Assembly (NCBI GenBank): GCA_965222035.1
Contig: OZ244940.1
Span: forward strand, 1,287,134-1,351,133
From: Candidatus Amphirhobacter sp.
GTDB lineage: Bacteria; Pseudomonadota; Gammaproteobacteria; Tethybacterales; Tethybacteraceae
Reading direction: 5' to 3'
DNA: 64,000 nt
The notes under the pieces were generated by a model. That model ran no database searches. It had not been told where the DNA came from and was given only the letters and a program-made list of their open reading frames with translations. How positions within the stretch are numbered: the stretch's first letter is position 1; every line of letters starts with the position of its first letter. This document shows, in pieces, positions 12,693-22,500 of this stretch. The position numbers and the translations under genes were made by a program.

Positions 12693-13940
12693 ATGCGCAA
12701 AACATTCCTGGCCGCCGCGGTGGCGGCCGTCATCGGCTCGGCGGCCTCGGCCGCGACCGACCTGTCGCTGTGGTACCACGGCGCTGGCAACGAGACCGAG
12801 AAGGGCATCCTGACTTCGATCATCGACGATTTCAACGCCTCGCAGTCCGACTACCGGGTCGTGATCGAGGAGTTCCCGCAGGAGTCCTACAACGATTCGG
12901 TCTCAGCGGCCGCGCTGGCGGGCAACCTGCCCGACATCATCGACGTCGACGGCCCGATCATGCCTAACTGGGCCTGGTCCGGCTACCTGGCGCCGCTCGA
13001 CCTGCCCCCGGCGACGCTCAACCGCATCCTGCCCGGCGCCATCGGACGCTGGAACGGCGAGGTGTACGCGGTCGGCCTGTGGGACGCGGCCTGCGCGATC
13101 TTCGCGCGCCGCAGCATGCTCAAAGAGCTCGGCATCCGCCGCCCGACGCTGCAGCGGCCCTGGACCCGCGACGAGTTCAACGGCATCCTGACCAAGATCA
13201 AGGCCTCCGGCAAGTACGACTACGCTTTCGACCCGGGCATGGCCTGGACCGGCGAGTGGTACCCCTACGCCTTCGGGCCGATGCTGCAGTCCGCCGGCGG
13301 GGATCTGTTCAACACCGCGACCAACCAGGCTGACGGCACGCTCAACAACGAGGCCGCCATCGAGTTCGGCGAGTGGTGGCAGTCGCTGTTCGCCAATGGC
13401 TTCGCGCCGGGCACCAGCCAGGACGGGGCTGACCGGGAGACCGGCTTCCTCGACGGCAAGTACGCCCTGCAGCTCAACGGCAACTGGGCGGCGGTGACCG
13501 CGCTGGAGAAGCTCGGCGACGACATGCTGTTCTTGCCGGCGGTCGACTTCGGCAACGGGCCCAAGATCGGAGCGGCCTCCTGGCAGTTTGCGGTCTCGGC
13601 CAACTCCAACAACAAGGACGGCGCGCGGGCTTTCATCGAGTTCGCGATCCAGGACCGTTACATGGCGCAGTTCTCCGACGGCATCGGCCTGATCCCGCCG
13701 ACGGCCGAGTCCGCTGCCATGAGCGAGAAGTACCGTCCGGGCGGACCGCTCGAGGTCTTCTTCGAGCTTTCCGAGGCCCAAGCGACGCTGCGGGCGGTGA
13801 CGCCGGGCTATGTGGTAGCCTCCAAGGAGTTCGAGAAGGCGATGGCGGACATCTCCAACGGCGCTGACGTCGCCGACGCGCTTGACGCCGCGGCCGACGC
13901 GATCGACGCGGATGTCCGGCAGAACAACGGCTATCGCTAG
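12693..13940 (+). CDS. ABC transporter extracellular solute-binding protein (family 1, carbohydrate)
   Basis: 415 aa with a signal peptide (MRKTFLAAAVAAVIGSAASA) and an SBP_bac_1-like sequence. A GGAGAGGAG SD is present. It is divergent from the ATPase gene. Confidence 0.85.
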   Translation: MRKTFLAAAVAAVIGSAASAATDLSLWYHGAGNETEKGILTSIIDDFNASQSDYRVVIEEFPQESYNDSVSAAALAGNLPDIIDVDGPIMPNWAWSGYLAPLDLPPATLNRILPGAIGRWNGEVYAVGLWDAACAIFARRSMLKELGIRRPTLQRPWTRDEFNGILTKIKASGKYDYAFDPGMAWTGEWYPYAFGPMLQSAGGDLFNTATNQADGTLNNEAAIEFGEWWQSLFANGFAPGTSQDGADRETGFLDGKYALQLNGNWAAVTALEKLGDDMLFLPAVDFGNGPKIGAASWQFAVSANSNNKDGARAFIEFAIQDRYMAQFSDGIGLIPPTAESAAMSEKYRPGGPLEVFFELSEAQATLRAVTPGYVVASKEFEKAMADISNGADVADALDAAADAIDADVRQNNGYR

Positions 13941-14014
13941 AGCGCGCACTGCCTCGCAGCAGCCCCGTCCGCGCCGCAGCGCGGGCGGGGCTTTTGTTTC
14001 GTTAGGTAACGGCC

Positions 14015-15094
14015 ATGGCTAGGCCGGGAGCGCGGCGCGAGGCCCGCGTCGGCATCGCCATGGCGGCGCCGGCGACTGCGCTGCTGGTGCTGTTCCTGGT
14101 GCTGCCTTTCGCGCTGGGCTTCGTCTTCGCGCTCACCAACCAGCGTTTGTTCTCGCCCAATCCGGCGGAGTTCGTCGGGCTGCGCAATTTCGAGAACATG
14201 CTCTCGCTGGGTACGCTGACGCTCGAGCCCGAGCGCGACGAGTCCGGCGCGGTGCTGCTGGACGACGACGGCGAGCCGAAGTTCCCGCGGCTGCGGCGGT
14301 ACACGCGCAACAATCCGGACTATCCCGAGCTCGACCGCATGCGCGAGTGGTTTCACTTCGACCTCGACGACGGCCGCCGCTGGTATGTGCTGGCGCGAGA
14401 CGTGATCTTCATGAAGGCCTTGACGATCACGGTGACCTTCGTGGCGGTGGTGGCGCCGCTGCAGGCGACGCTGGCGCTGCTGCTGGCCTTGCTAATCAAC
14501 CAGCCCTTGCGCGGCATCAACATCTACCGGACGATTTATTTCATGCCGACGGTGATCTCGATGGTGGTGGTGGCGATGCTGTGGCGCTTCATCTACGACG
14601 GCGAGAACGGTTTGCTCAACACCCTGCTCGGCTATCTCAGCTTCGGGCTGTTCGAGCCGGTCGACTGGCTCGGGCGTACCGACACGGTGCTCGGGGCGAT
14701 CATCGCCATGTCGATCTGGCAGTCGGTGGGCTTTCACATGATCATCTGGCTGGCGGGCCTGCAGAACATCTCGCCGACGCTGTATGAGGCCGCCCGCATC
14801 GAGGGCGCCTCGCGCTGGCAGACCTTCCGCTTCGTCACCTGGCCGGGACTGCGCAACACCGCCATCCTGGTGATGGTGATCATCACCATGCAGGCCTTCA
14901 CCTTGTATCCGCAGGTTGCGGTCATGACCAACGGCGGCCCGCTGGACGCCTCGCAGTCGCTGGTGTTCCAGATGGTCGAGCGCGGCTACGGCAAGCAGGA
15001 CATCGCCGCGGGCTCGGCGCTGTCGGTGTTCCTGTTTGTGTTCGTGCTGTCGATCTCGCTGCTGCAGCGCTGGCTGGCGCGGGAGCGCGACTGA
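14015..15094 (+). CDS. Sugar ABC transporter permease (MalF/UgpA-like)
   Basis: 359 aa with multiple TM helices and the EAA-like loop motif (EAARIEGASRWQTFRFVTWP). Confidence 0.85.
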   Translation: MARPGARREARVGIAMAAPATALLVLFLVLPFALGFVFALTNQRLFSPNPAEFVGLRNFENMLSLGTLTLEPERDESGAVLLDDDGEPKFPRLRRYTRNNPDYPELDRMREWFHFDLDDGRRWYVLARDVIFMKALTITVTFVAVVAPLQATLALLLALLINQPLRGINIYRTIYFMPTVISMVVVAMLWRFIYDGENGLLNTLLGYLSFGLFEPVDWLGRTDTVLGAIIAMSIWQSVGFHMIIWLAGLQNISPTLYEAARIEGASRWQTFRFVTWPGLRNTAILVMVIITMQAFTLYPQVAVMTNGGPLDASQSLVFQMVERGYGKQDIAAGSALSVFLFVFVLSISLLQRWLARERD

Positions 15095-15096
15095 GC

Positions 15097-15972
15097 ATGG
15101 ACTCCCGGCGGCTGACGGCGGCCTCGCTGCTGATGCGGTACACCCTGCTGACCTGGATCGCGCTGGTGTTCGTCTTCCCCCTCATCTTCATGGTGATGTC
15201 CTCGCTGAAGCCGGACCTCGACCTGCTGCGCGACAGCAGCTCGATGCGGGCCTTTTTGCCGGTCGGCGACATCTCATTGGCGAACTACGCCGAGGCCTTC
15301 GAGCGCGCGCCGGTATTGCGCTTCATCTTCAACTCGGTCTTCATCACGGCGACGACCATGCTGCTGTCGCTGTTCCTGTGCTCGCTGGCGGCCTTCAGCT
15401 TCGTCTTCTTGCGCTGGCCCGGGCGGGCGGCGACGCTGTCCTTGATCCTGGCGACCTACATCCTGCCGTTCGAGGCGATCGCGATTCCCTTGCTGCTGAT
15501 CGTCAACGAATTGCCCTGGCTCGGCCCCGACGGGATCACCTTCGGCTGGCTCAACTCCTACCATGTTCAGATCGTTCCCTTCATCGCCGATGCGCTGACG
15601 GTGTTCTTATTCACGCAGTACTTCCGCGATCTGCCGCGCGAGCTGGTCGAGGCCGCCCGCGTCGACGGCGCCAGCTGGTTCCAGGTCTACCTGCGGGTGG
15701 TGGTGCCGCTGGCGGGCCCGATCTTCGCGACCGCGGCCATCTTGAAGTTCCTGACCATGTACAACAACCAGTTCCTGTGGCCGATCATGGTGGCGCAGGT
15801 CGAGGAGTACCGCCCGATCATGGTGGGGCTGCTGTACTTCTTCCAGCTCAACGTCGCCTGGGGCGAGATCATGGCCTATCTGACCATCGTCACGGTCCCG
15901 GTACTGGCGTTCTACCTGGCGCTGCAGCGCTCCTTCATCGCCTCGGTGGCGAGCACCGGCGTCAAGGGCTGA
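15097..15972 (+). CDS. Sugar ABC transporter permease (MalG/UgpE-like)
   Basis: 291 aa. It has TM helices and the EAA motif (VEAARVDGASWFQVYLRVVVP). It lies 2 bp after the previous stop. Confidence 0.88.
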   Translation: MDSRRLTAASLLMRYTLLTWIALVFVFPLIFMVMSSLKPDLDLLRDSSSMRAFLPVGDISLANYAEAFERAPVLRFIFNSVFITATTMLLSLFLCSLAAFSFVFLRWPGRAATLSLILATYILPFEAIAIPLLLIVNELPWLGPDGITFGWLNSYHVQIVPFIADALTVFLFTQYFRDLPRELVEAARVDGASWFQVYLRVVVPLAGPIFATAAILKFLTMYNNQFLWPIMVAQVEEYRPIMVGLLYFFQLNVAWGEIMAYLTIVTVPVLAFYLALQRSFIASVASTGVKG

Positions 15973-15974
15973 GG

Positions 15975-17669
15975 GTGGCGCGCACCGTTTCCGCCGCGGC
16001 CGACCTCGCCGCGGGCGAGCAGCTGCAGCTGTGGGCGCGCGCAACCGGTTCCGGCGCTTCCTTGCGTATTCTCGACGCGGCCGGCGTGACGCTGTATGCG
16101 GTCGGGCAGTTATCTGAGCATTGCGAGCACCACCGCTTCGCCGCGACCGCCGCAGGTACCGTTACCATCGAGTGGACGCCGGGCCTGATTGAGTTCGGCT
16201 ATGTATGCAGCTTCGTACCAGAGCGGGCCTTGCAGGACGGTGTGGCGGTGTGGGTGTTCGGTCCGGACGGTCTGGAGCGCCTGGCGGGCGCCGAGCTGGC
16301 CGCGCGGCTGCGCGCCGAGCCGGACCGTCCGCAGCTGCATTTCTCGCCGCCGCGGCAGTGGATGAACGATCCGAACGGCTTGAGCCGCATCGACGGCCGC
16401 TGGCATTTGTTCTATCAGTTCCATCCGGGCTCGACCGCGTGGGGCCCGATGCACTGGGGCCATGCGGTCAGCGACGATTTATTGACGTGGACCCATCTGC
16501 CGGTCTTTCTGCATCCGCAGCACGACTTGCCGCGGCTGGGCGCGAGCGGCGGGGCTTTTTCCGGCTCAGCCTGCGCGGGTCCCGACGGCCGCATGCATTT
16601 CTGCCACACCGAGCGGCTGCCGTGTTTCGACGAGAAGCGCGGCGTCCGCGAGGTCCAGCGCATCGTTGAGTCCTCCGACTTGCTGGAGGCGACGGCGGGC
16701 GCGACGGTACTGGCGGAGCGACCGCCGGGCGCGAGCCAGGACTTCCGCGATCCGAAACTGTGGTGGCACGAGCCGGCGGGCGAGTACCGCATGGTGGTCG
16801 GCAGCGCCCTCGACGGCGATCCGGCGGCGCTGCTGTATGGCTCGCCCGACCTGGCCGCCTGGCGCTACCTCGGCCCGCTGTGGCGCGCGCCGGCCTCTTG
16901 CCGCGAGGGCAGCGCCGACGCGGTCGAGTGCCCGGATTTCTTCGAGCTCGATGGCAAGTGGGTGCTGCTTTTCAGTTTGCACAACTACACCGATCCGGCG
17001 ACCGGCCGCCGCAATCCGACCTGGGCGCTGGTGGGCGATTTCGAAGGCGACGTCTTCACGCCGAAGTCAGGGGAGCCGCAGGAGCTGGACTTTGGCGGCG
17101 ATTACTACGCCATGCAAACCTGCGCGGGCGACGGCCGCCGCCTGGCCTTCGCGTGGCTGTACAACTGGACTGCGCCGCCGGTCGAGGGCGGCAATTATCG
17201 CGGCGAGCAGTCGCTGCCGCGCGAGCTGTTCTTGGCCGATGGCAAGGTGGGCATGCGCCCGGCGCGCGAGATCGATGAAAAGCTGCGCCGCTGTGAGCTG
17301 AAGCTGGATGCGGATGGCTGCACGCAGTTGGCCGATGCTCCGTTTGAAATACGCGTAACCGAGCTGCAAGGGAAGTGCGAGTTGATTGCCAGCGCTGGTG
17401 GAGCGGAAGCGTTCACGGTACGGGCTGACGCCGATGGCGTGGAGATCAGCCTGTCCGGCGACGCCAGTGGCGTCGTGAGCTATCGCGGCGCAGCCTCGAG
17501 CTTGCGCGAACTGCGTGTTTTCTACGACCGCGGCGTCATCGAGGTCTTCGCTGCTGGTGGCTGCTGCTGCGGCACCCGCCGCCTGCGGCCGGATGCGCCG
17601 GTGGACGCCTGCCGCCTGCGGGTGGACGGCGAGGCAATCGTTGAGGAGTTGGGTTTGCTAGCGGAGTGA
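15975..17669 (+). CDS. Glycoside hydrolase family 32 (beta-fructofuranosidase / sucrose-6-phosphate hydrolase-like) with a ~115-aa N-terminal extension; the start is uncertain (GTG 15975 or an internal GTG near 16247)
   Basis: GH32 signature motifs are present: HFSPPRQWMNDPNG (catalytic nucleophile block), FRDPKLWW (RDP) and VECPDFFEL (EC acid/base), plus the C-terminal beta-sandwich. It lies immediately after the ABC permeases, consistent with a fructan/sucrose utilisation operon. Confidence 0.85.
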   Translation: MARTVSAAADLAAGEQLQLWARATGSGASLRILDAAGVTLYAVGQLSEHCEHHRFAATAAGTVTIEWTPGLIEFGYVCSFVPERALQDGVAVWVFGPDGLERLAGAELAARLRAEPDRPQLHFSPPRQWMNDPNGLSRIDGRWHLFYQFHPGSTAWGPMHWGHAVSDDLLTWTHLPVFLHPQHDLPRLGASGGAFSGSACAGPDGRMHFCHTERLPCFDEKRGVREVQRIVESSDLLEATAGATVLAERPPGASQDFRDPKLWWHEPAGEYRMVVGSALDGDPAALLYGSPDLAAWRYLGPLWRAPASCREGSADAVECPDFFELDGKWVLLFSLHNYTDPATGRRNPTWALVGDFEGDVFTPKSGEPQELDFGGDYYAMQTCAGDGRRLAFAWLYNWTAPPVEGGNYRGEQSLPRELFLADGKVGMRPAREIDEKLRRCELKLDADGCTQLADAPFEIRVTELQGKCELIASAGGAEAFTVRADADGVEISLSGDASGVVSYRGAASSLRELRVFYDRGVIEVFAAGGCCCGTRRLRPDAPVDACRLRVDGEAIVEELGLLAE

Positions 17670-19150
17670 TGCTGCTGGCTCTCCGCCCATTCGTTTGCAG
17701 TGCTGGTGCCGTGCCTGACCGGAACGTAGCGGGTGTATTTCTTGGAATTGCCATTGCCTTCAAAGCGCTTGATGCTTCCTTTTGCAATCATCCGTTTGAT
17801 CAATCTCGTGACCTCCAGCGTCTTGCTGTCATCCACTTTGAATCTATCGCGCAGTGATTCATTGCTCATGTAATCATTATTGATGAAACAGACCTCGCAA
17901 TGCTGCAGGCATGCCAATTCCTTTTGCGAACCAGCCAACTCTTCATAAGGCAGCGGCTCCCGCATGATTGCTTCCGTGAGATCGCTGTCGACAACATATT
18001 CAATAGGCGCTGTCCCCGCTGCCTCAATCGCAAGTATGGCCTTGTCGATGCCAGTGCCGCGCTCTTCAGACAAGTTAAGCAGGCGCATAATCCGCATCAA
18101 GCTTGGATTTGGGGTCTTGAACTTACGAATCATTTCCGATTTCTTCAACGGAGGGGCCCCGGGGTTGGTGATTGAGATCCTGTTGCTGAAAATCTCGATC
18201 GATGCGCGTCCGTTGCGCGTGAAATCTTGATGAATGATGGCGTTGGCAAGCAGTTCACGCAAAGCCACCTCGGGGGTGAAATCATCATGCTTGCGAAACA
18301 CTCCCCTGATCACTTGCTGATTGTCCATTTGGTTGAAAGCGAACCGCATCATCTCATCGAAACCCACTGCCCAGCCTTTGTCCCATTCCTCATCGCAAAG
18401 TATCGCACCGGCTTTGCCGGACCCTTTGTACTTGGTGAGCCTGACTCGCTTGTGGGCTAGTTCCGGCGCGCATTCCTCGATGCTGTGGGCCAGCAGCAAA
18501 ACACCCATCCTGGTGATGTGATACCTGCCGTGCTTGGGCGCGGCGGCAACTAGCTTGGCCCGCTTCAGGTCCTCCAGAGCTTTGTCGACAGGCGCAGCCC
18601 GCTCCTCGCGCATGCGATAAAAGGAGGCTAAATCCAATAGATTGGCTACCCGTTCTGGAAGTACGTCCCGCACGGCAGGAACCTCCAGCCAAGAGCCTTG
18701 ATCCTCGGCAAAAATCTGTTTGAGTTCGTCGGTGGACATCTCCTTAAGCTGATCGCCAATCCTGGTGTAATAGATGCCTTCGAACTTGTAGGGCGCTCCC
18801 CGAAGGCGCGACGGAATTATGACAACGACGACCTTTTGTCCCCGCACACGCTGCACGACTACATCTACGCGCAGTCCCGGGCCAACCCGGTCATGGACCA
18901 TTTTCTCGTCATCCGCAGGCTTGTTGCTGGCGGACGTACCCACCACCTGTCGCGGAAGCTTGTCGGTTACGCCTAGGACTAGATAGCCGCCGCCGGCGTT
19001 GGCGATGCCGCAGCAGTACTTGCACAGACTGTCGCTGCTGAAATCATCTCGCGCCGCCTTGAATTCGAGGTCGGAGCTCTCGTGCTGCTCGAGCCATGCT
19101 TCGATGACGGCAGCTGTGATCTCCCTCTTGGCCAGAACTGGCAGATTCAT
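17522..19150 (-). CDS. AlbA_2 (Schlafen-like) plus HATPase_c_4 domain protein (RecG-C-terminal-domain-like putative regulator/ATPase) in a low-GC island
   Basis: 542 aa. The N-terminus reads REITAAVIEAWLEQHESSDLEFKAARDDFSSDSLCKYCCGIANAGGGYLVLGVTDK, typical of AlbA_2. The C-terminus reads ...LRELLANAIIHQDFTRNGRASIEIFSNRISITNPG, typical of HATPase_c_4. GC is about 48-50%. The last ~50 codons are low-complexity R/Q/P-rich and overlap the 3' end of the convergent GH32 gene by ~148 bp, so the original stop was probably lost at the island junction. Confidence 0.7.
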   Translation of the reverse strand: MNLPVLAKREITAAVIEAWLEQHESSDLEFKAARDDFSSDSLCKYCCGIANAGGGYLVLGVTDKLPRQVVGTSASNKPADDEKMVHDRVGPGLRVDVVVQRVRGQKVVVVIIPSRLRGAPYKFEGIYYTRIGDQLKEMSTDELKQIFAEDQGSWLEVPAVRDVLPERVANLLDLASFYRMREERAAPVDKALEDLKRAKLVAAAPKHGRYHITRMGVLLLAHSIEECAPELAHKRVRLTKYKGSGKAGAILCDEEWDKGWAVGFDEMMRFAFNQMDNQQVIRGVFRKHDDFTPEVALRELLANAIIHQDFTRNGRASIEIFSNRISITNPGAPPLKKSEMIRKFKTPNPSLMRIMRLLNLSEERGTGIDKAILAIEAAGTAPIEYVVDSDLTEAIMREPLPYEELAGSQKELACLQHCEVCFINNDYMSNESLRDRFKVDDSKTLEVTRLIKRMIAKGSIKRFEGNGNSKKYTRYVPVRHGTSTANEWAESQQHHSASKPNSSTIASPSTRRRQASTGASGRRRRVPQQQPPAAKTSMTPRS

Positions 19151-19532
19151 AATCTGTAATTATATGCTAGCGGTTGCCACAACCATATCACTTTTAAGAT
19201 ATGTTTTTATGCTGAAAAGAGCGTTAATAGTCAAATTATTGAAAATAAGAAGCAATTGTTTTTACTGAATTTCATTTTTTAAAGGGGCTTGAAATGGCGG
19301 TTTGTGAAAATAAGAATTCAGAGCTAGTGAGAGAGAGCCACCTGGATCCGCCGCCCTTGCCAGCCTTGTTTCCAGCAACGCCACAGCCACCGATTTGAGG
19401 CCAGCATCCAGTGCTTAGCCGGTCCAGCCGCGGCTAAAGAGGGAAAGATGGGATTTGGTCAAGCAGGCCTTGCCACCCTTTTAAGCGTAGAATCTTGGTA
19501 ATAACAAGCGAAATTAGCGTAAAATAAGCGAC

Positions 19533-22500
19533 ATGGCCGCTATCCTGGCCAGGACCTGGCTCAGGATCAGAAAAAAAAAGGGGGGGGGTAGAGCCTTGCA
19601 ACCTCGCGTAGCCACTGCCTGCTTCGCTTTAATCATCCTGCTCGCCGCGGCTGTCGCGCCGGCGCAGCAGGCCAATTGGGTAGACCAGGGACGCGATGGC
19701 GTGTCCCAGACCAGTTATTTCCATTTGCCGAGCACGACGGACAGCTCGACTGGCATCTCGTTCCATCGCAGCCACCCCAGCTGCCGCTTCAACGACGTGC
19801 GGCTGGTGAATCCGCCGACGTGGCTGGAGATGATCAAGTACAACGGGGACGCCAAGGACGGCGACCCCGGCACTCGCTTCACGGTGCGCATGGAGCGAGG
19901 CCATGCCGACGACCGCAGCCTGCGCCTGTCGTTCAAGGCCGGCTCGACCATGCCGACTGGAGCGCACACCCTGTCCCTGGCGGCCGAGCGCCACCTGACG
20001 AGCCCGGGCTGCTTGGGCGTCGCCGCCGCGACCTTGTCGCTGGAGTACACGATTAGCATCTTCGACAACATCTCGTGGATGGCGCAGGGGCTGCAGGCAT
20101 ATTATAACGGCGCGATCTACCGCACCGATGAGCTGGGCGGACTGGCGCTGGACACGGGCTTGCGGCTGCATCGCCGGCCGAACCTTTGCTCGAAGGTCGA
20201 CCTGTCTCTGGTCGGCGGTACCGAGGACTACCTGGAACTGCGCGCCTTTGAGGCGCAAAATGTTTTGTATCAAAGGCGGACAACGCCACCCTCTGGAGGA
20301 ACTACGGTTACCAACGTGGTCCTCAACACCGGGCGGCCGCTGGGCGCAGGAGCCGCCAGGCTTACCAACCTGGTCATGGATCGCGACAGCCCGCGCGACA
20401 GCTACGTGCGCTTGTTTCACAAGGCGAGCGTCGCTGTGTCCGAGGCGCTCGAGATAACCGTCTCGGTTGCATTCGAGACCAGCCGGAGCTGCGGTTTCCC
20501 GGCGACGGTGCGCAAGCAAACGCTGGATTTCATGCGGCATCATGTTGCGCTTGCGCCAACCCAGTACCAAGCCACATGGAAGCTGGAATCCGAGAGCCTG
20601 ACGCCGGACGGACCATTCAGCCCTGTGCGCATGAGAAGGTTCGGTTTAACGCCCACCGGCATTTTCTTAAATCGCTCTTCTTCCCTTTGCGTGGTTACAA
20701 ATATTCAGCTGCTCAACCACACTGACAAATTCGATATCTACGCCTCCGCGGGCGCCGACGCACTTACAGAAAACCAAGGCGATCATGCAATCAAAAACAA
20801 AACCGGCCATGCCATTGCCTGGGTTATACCAGATGGCAAGGATCTGCCCGCTGCGGGTAGTGTCCTGCGGCTGTCTGTGCTCATGCGATCCAATCCCTTT
20901 CAATGCACTAACAACAACATCGCGCCCAGACAGACCCTGGCTTTCGCCTTGACCGTAGCCACGCCGGCGACGTGGGGTGTCCTGGCCGGCGATGTCACAC
21001 GGCAGACGGGACTGCTCCAGCCGTCGGTGATCAGGGCGTCGGCCACACCGACGGACACCGGGGTGCGTTTCCACCGCGGCACCTCCGCATGCCCCTTAGT
21101 GGACATACTGATGCAACCCAATCCGCATTTGGAAATGCAACTGTACAACGGCAACACCGCGACTGGAGCGGGGGTCACCACAATAAACGGCGTGCGCATG
21201 CAGGTTGGCCATGCGGATGATCGTCTAGTGGGACTGCAGTTCCGGGAGCGAGCTACGGTGCCGAATGGCACGCTGACGGTCACGCTAGAGGCGAGCGCAT
21301 CATCTGGCTGCGAGGCTGCGGACGAGCCGTGGCCGTTGACCTTAACCTACACGCTGACAGTGCAGGAGCGCTGGTCGTGGGAGACGCAGAGCCGGGACAA
21401 CTTCGGCACTCAGCTGGAACTCTCGCGGGCGGACCTGGACGGGGCCGGCTTGGTGGCGACCGGCCTGCGGATCCATCGCGACTCCCATGCCTGCCAGAGC
21501 ACCGACGTGGCGCTGGCGGCGGACGCGCCGTCGTACCTGTCGCTGCGGCGCTACACCGCCGCGGGCGCGACGGACGGCGACGCGGCGGCGACGCTGGCCG
21601 GCGTGAACATGTCGGGATCAGGGGCGAATGACCGCCATGTGCAGGTGATGATCGACGGCGGCACGCAGATCACGCCGGGCGCGACCGTGCTGGTCACGCT
21701 GACGGTCAGCCCGAACTCGTCCTGCACCGGCAACCTCCATCCGGAGGCGCAGCAGCTGGTCGGCAAGGTGCTGCCTGTCAATCCGGACGGCTGGGAGAGC
21801 ATCGCCGGCGACGTGGCCTCGCGCCCGCGGATCCTGTTCCGGCCGTCGCAGCTGCGGGCGGCCGCCACGCCGACGGACACCGGGCTGCGCTTCCACCGCG
21901 GCACCGATTCGTGTCCGCTGGTGGATGTGGTGCTGCGGAACACCGATTATCTGCAGCTGCAGCGGTACACCCCCGCCGGCGCCGTGTCGGGCGCGGCGGG
22001 ATCGTCCTTCACCAACGTGCGCATGGCGGCCGGCCATGCCAGCGACCGGCTGGTGGGCGTGCAGTTCAAGGCCGGCGTCCAGGTCCCGGCGACTAGCCTG
22101 ACGCTGACGCTGGTGGCGCAGCCGGTGTCCTCCTGCGTCAATCCGCGCAAGCCGCGGCCGTTGACGATGTCTTACACGTTGGCGGTGGCGGAGCATTGGC
22201 CGTGGCGGCTCAAGCCGCAGGACAATCTAGGCATGGTGGTGAGCCTGGAGGTGGAGAACCTGGCGGTGTCCGGCCCGGTGGCGACCGGGCTGCGGCTGCA
22301 TCGCGACATCCTGGTGTGCTCGAACTTCGACGTGGCGCTGGCGGCGGACGCGCCGAGTTACCTGAAGCTGCGCAAGTACCTGGGCAACGGCGCGACGGAC
22401 GGCGCGGCGGCGCGGTCGCTGACGGGCGTGGACGTGTCCGGCGCGGGCGCGCTCGCCCGGCATGTGCGGGTGGCGATCGACGGCGGCACCAGCTTCACGG

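Noticed and set aside
15036-15974. The N-terminal 313 codons of listed ORF 15036..17669
   Set aside because: It is an open alternative frame across the second ABC permease gene, which is well supported in its own frame. The GH32 gene begins only after the permease stop.
17700-19530. Looked for integrase, transposase, tRNA or direct repeats marking the low-GC island as a mobile element
   Set aside because: No integrase or transposase ORF was found, no tRNA-like sequence, and no flanking direct repeats by eye. The mobile-element call is unsupported, so only compositional-island status is reported.
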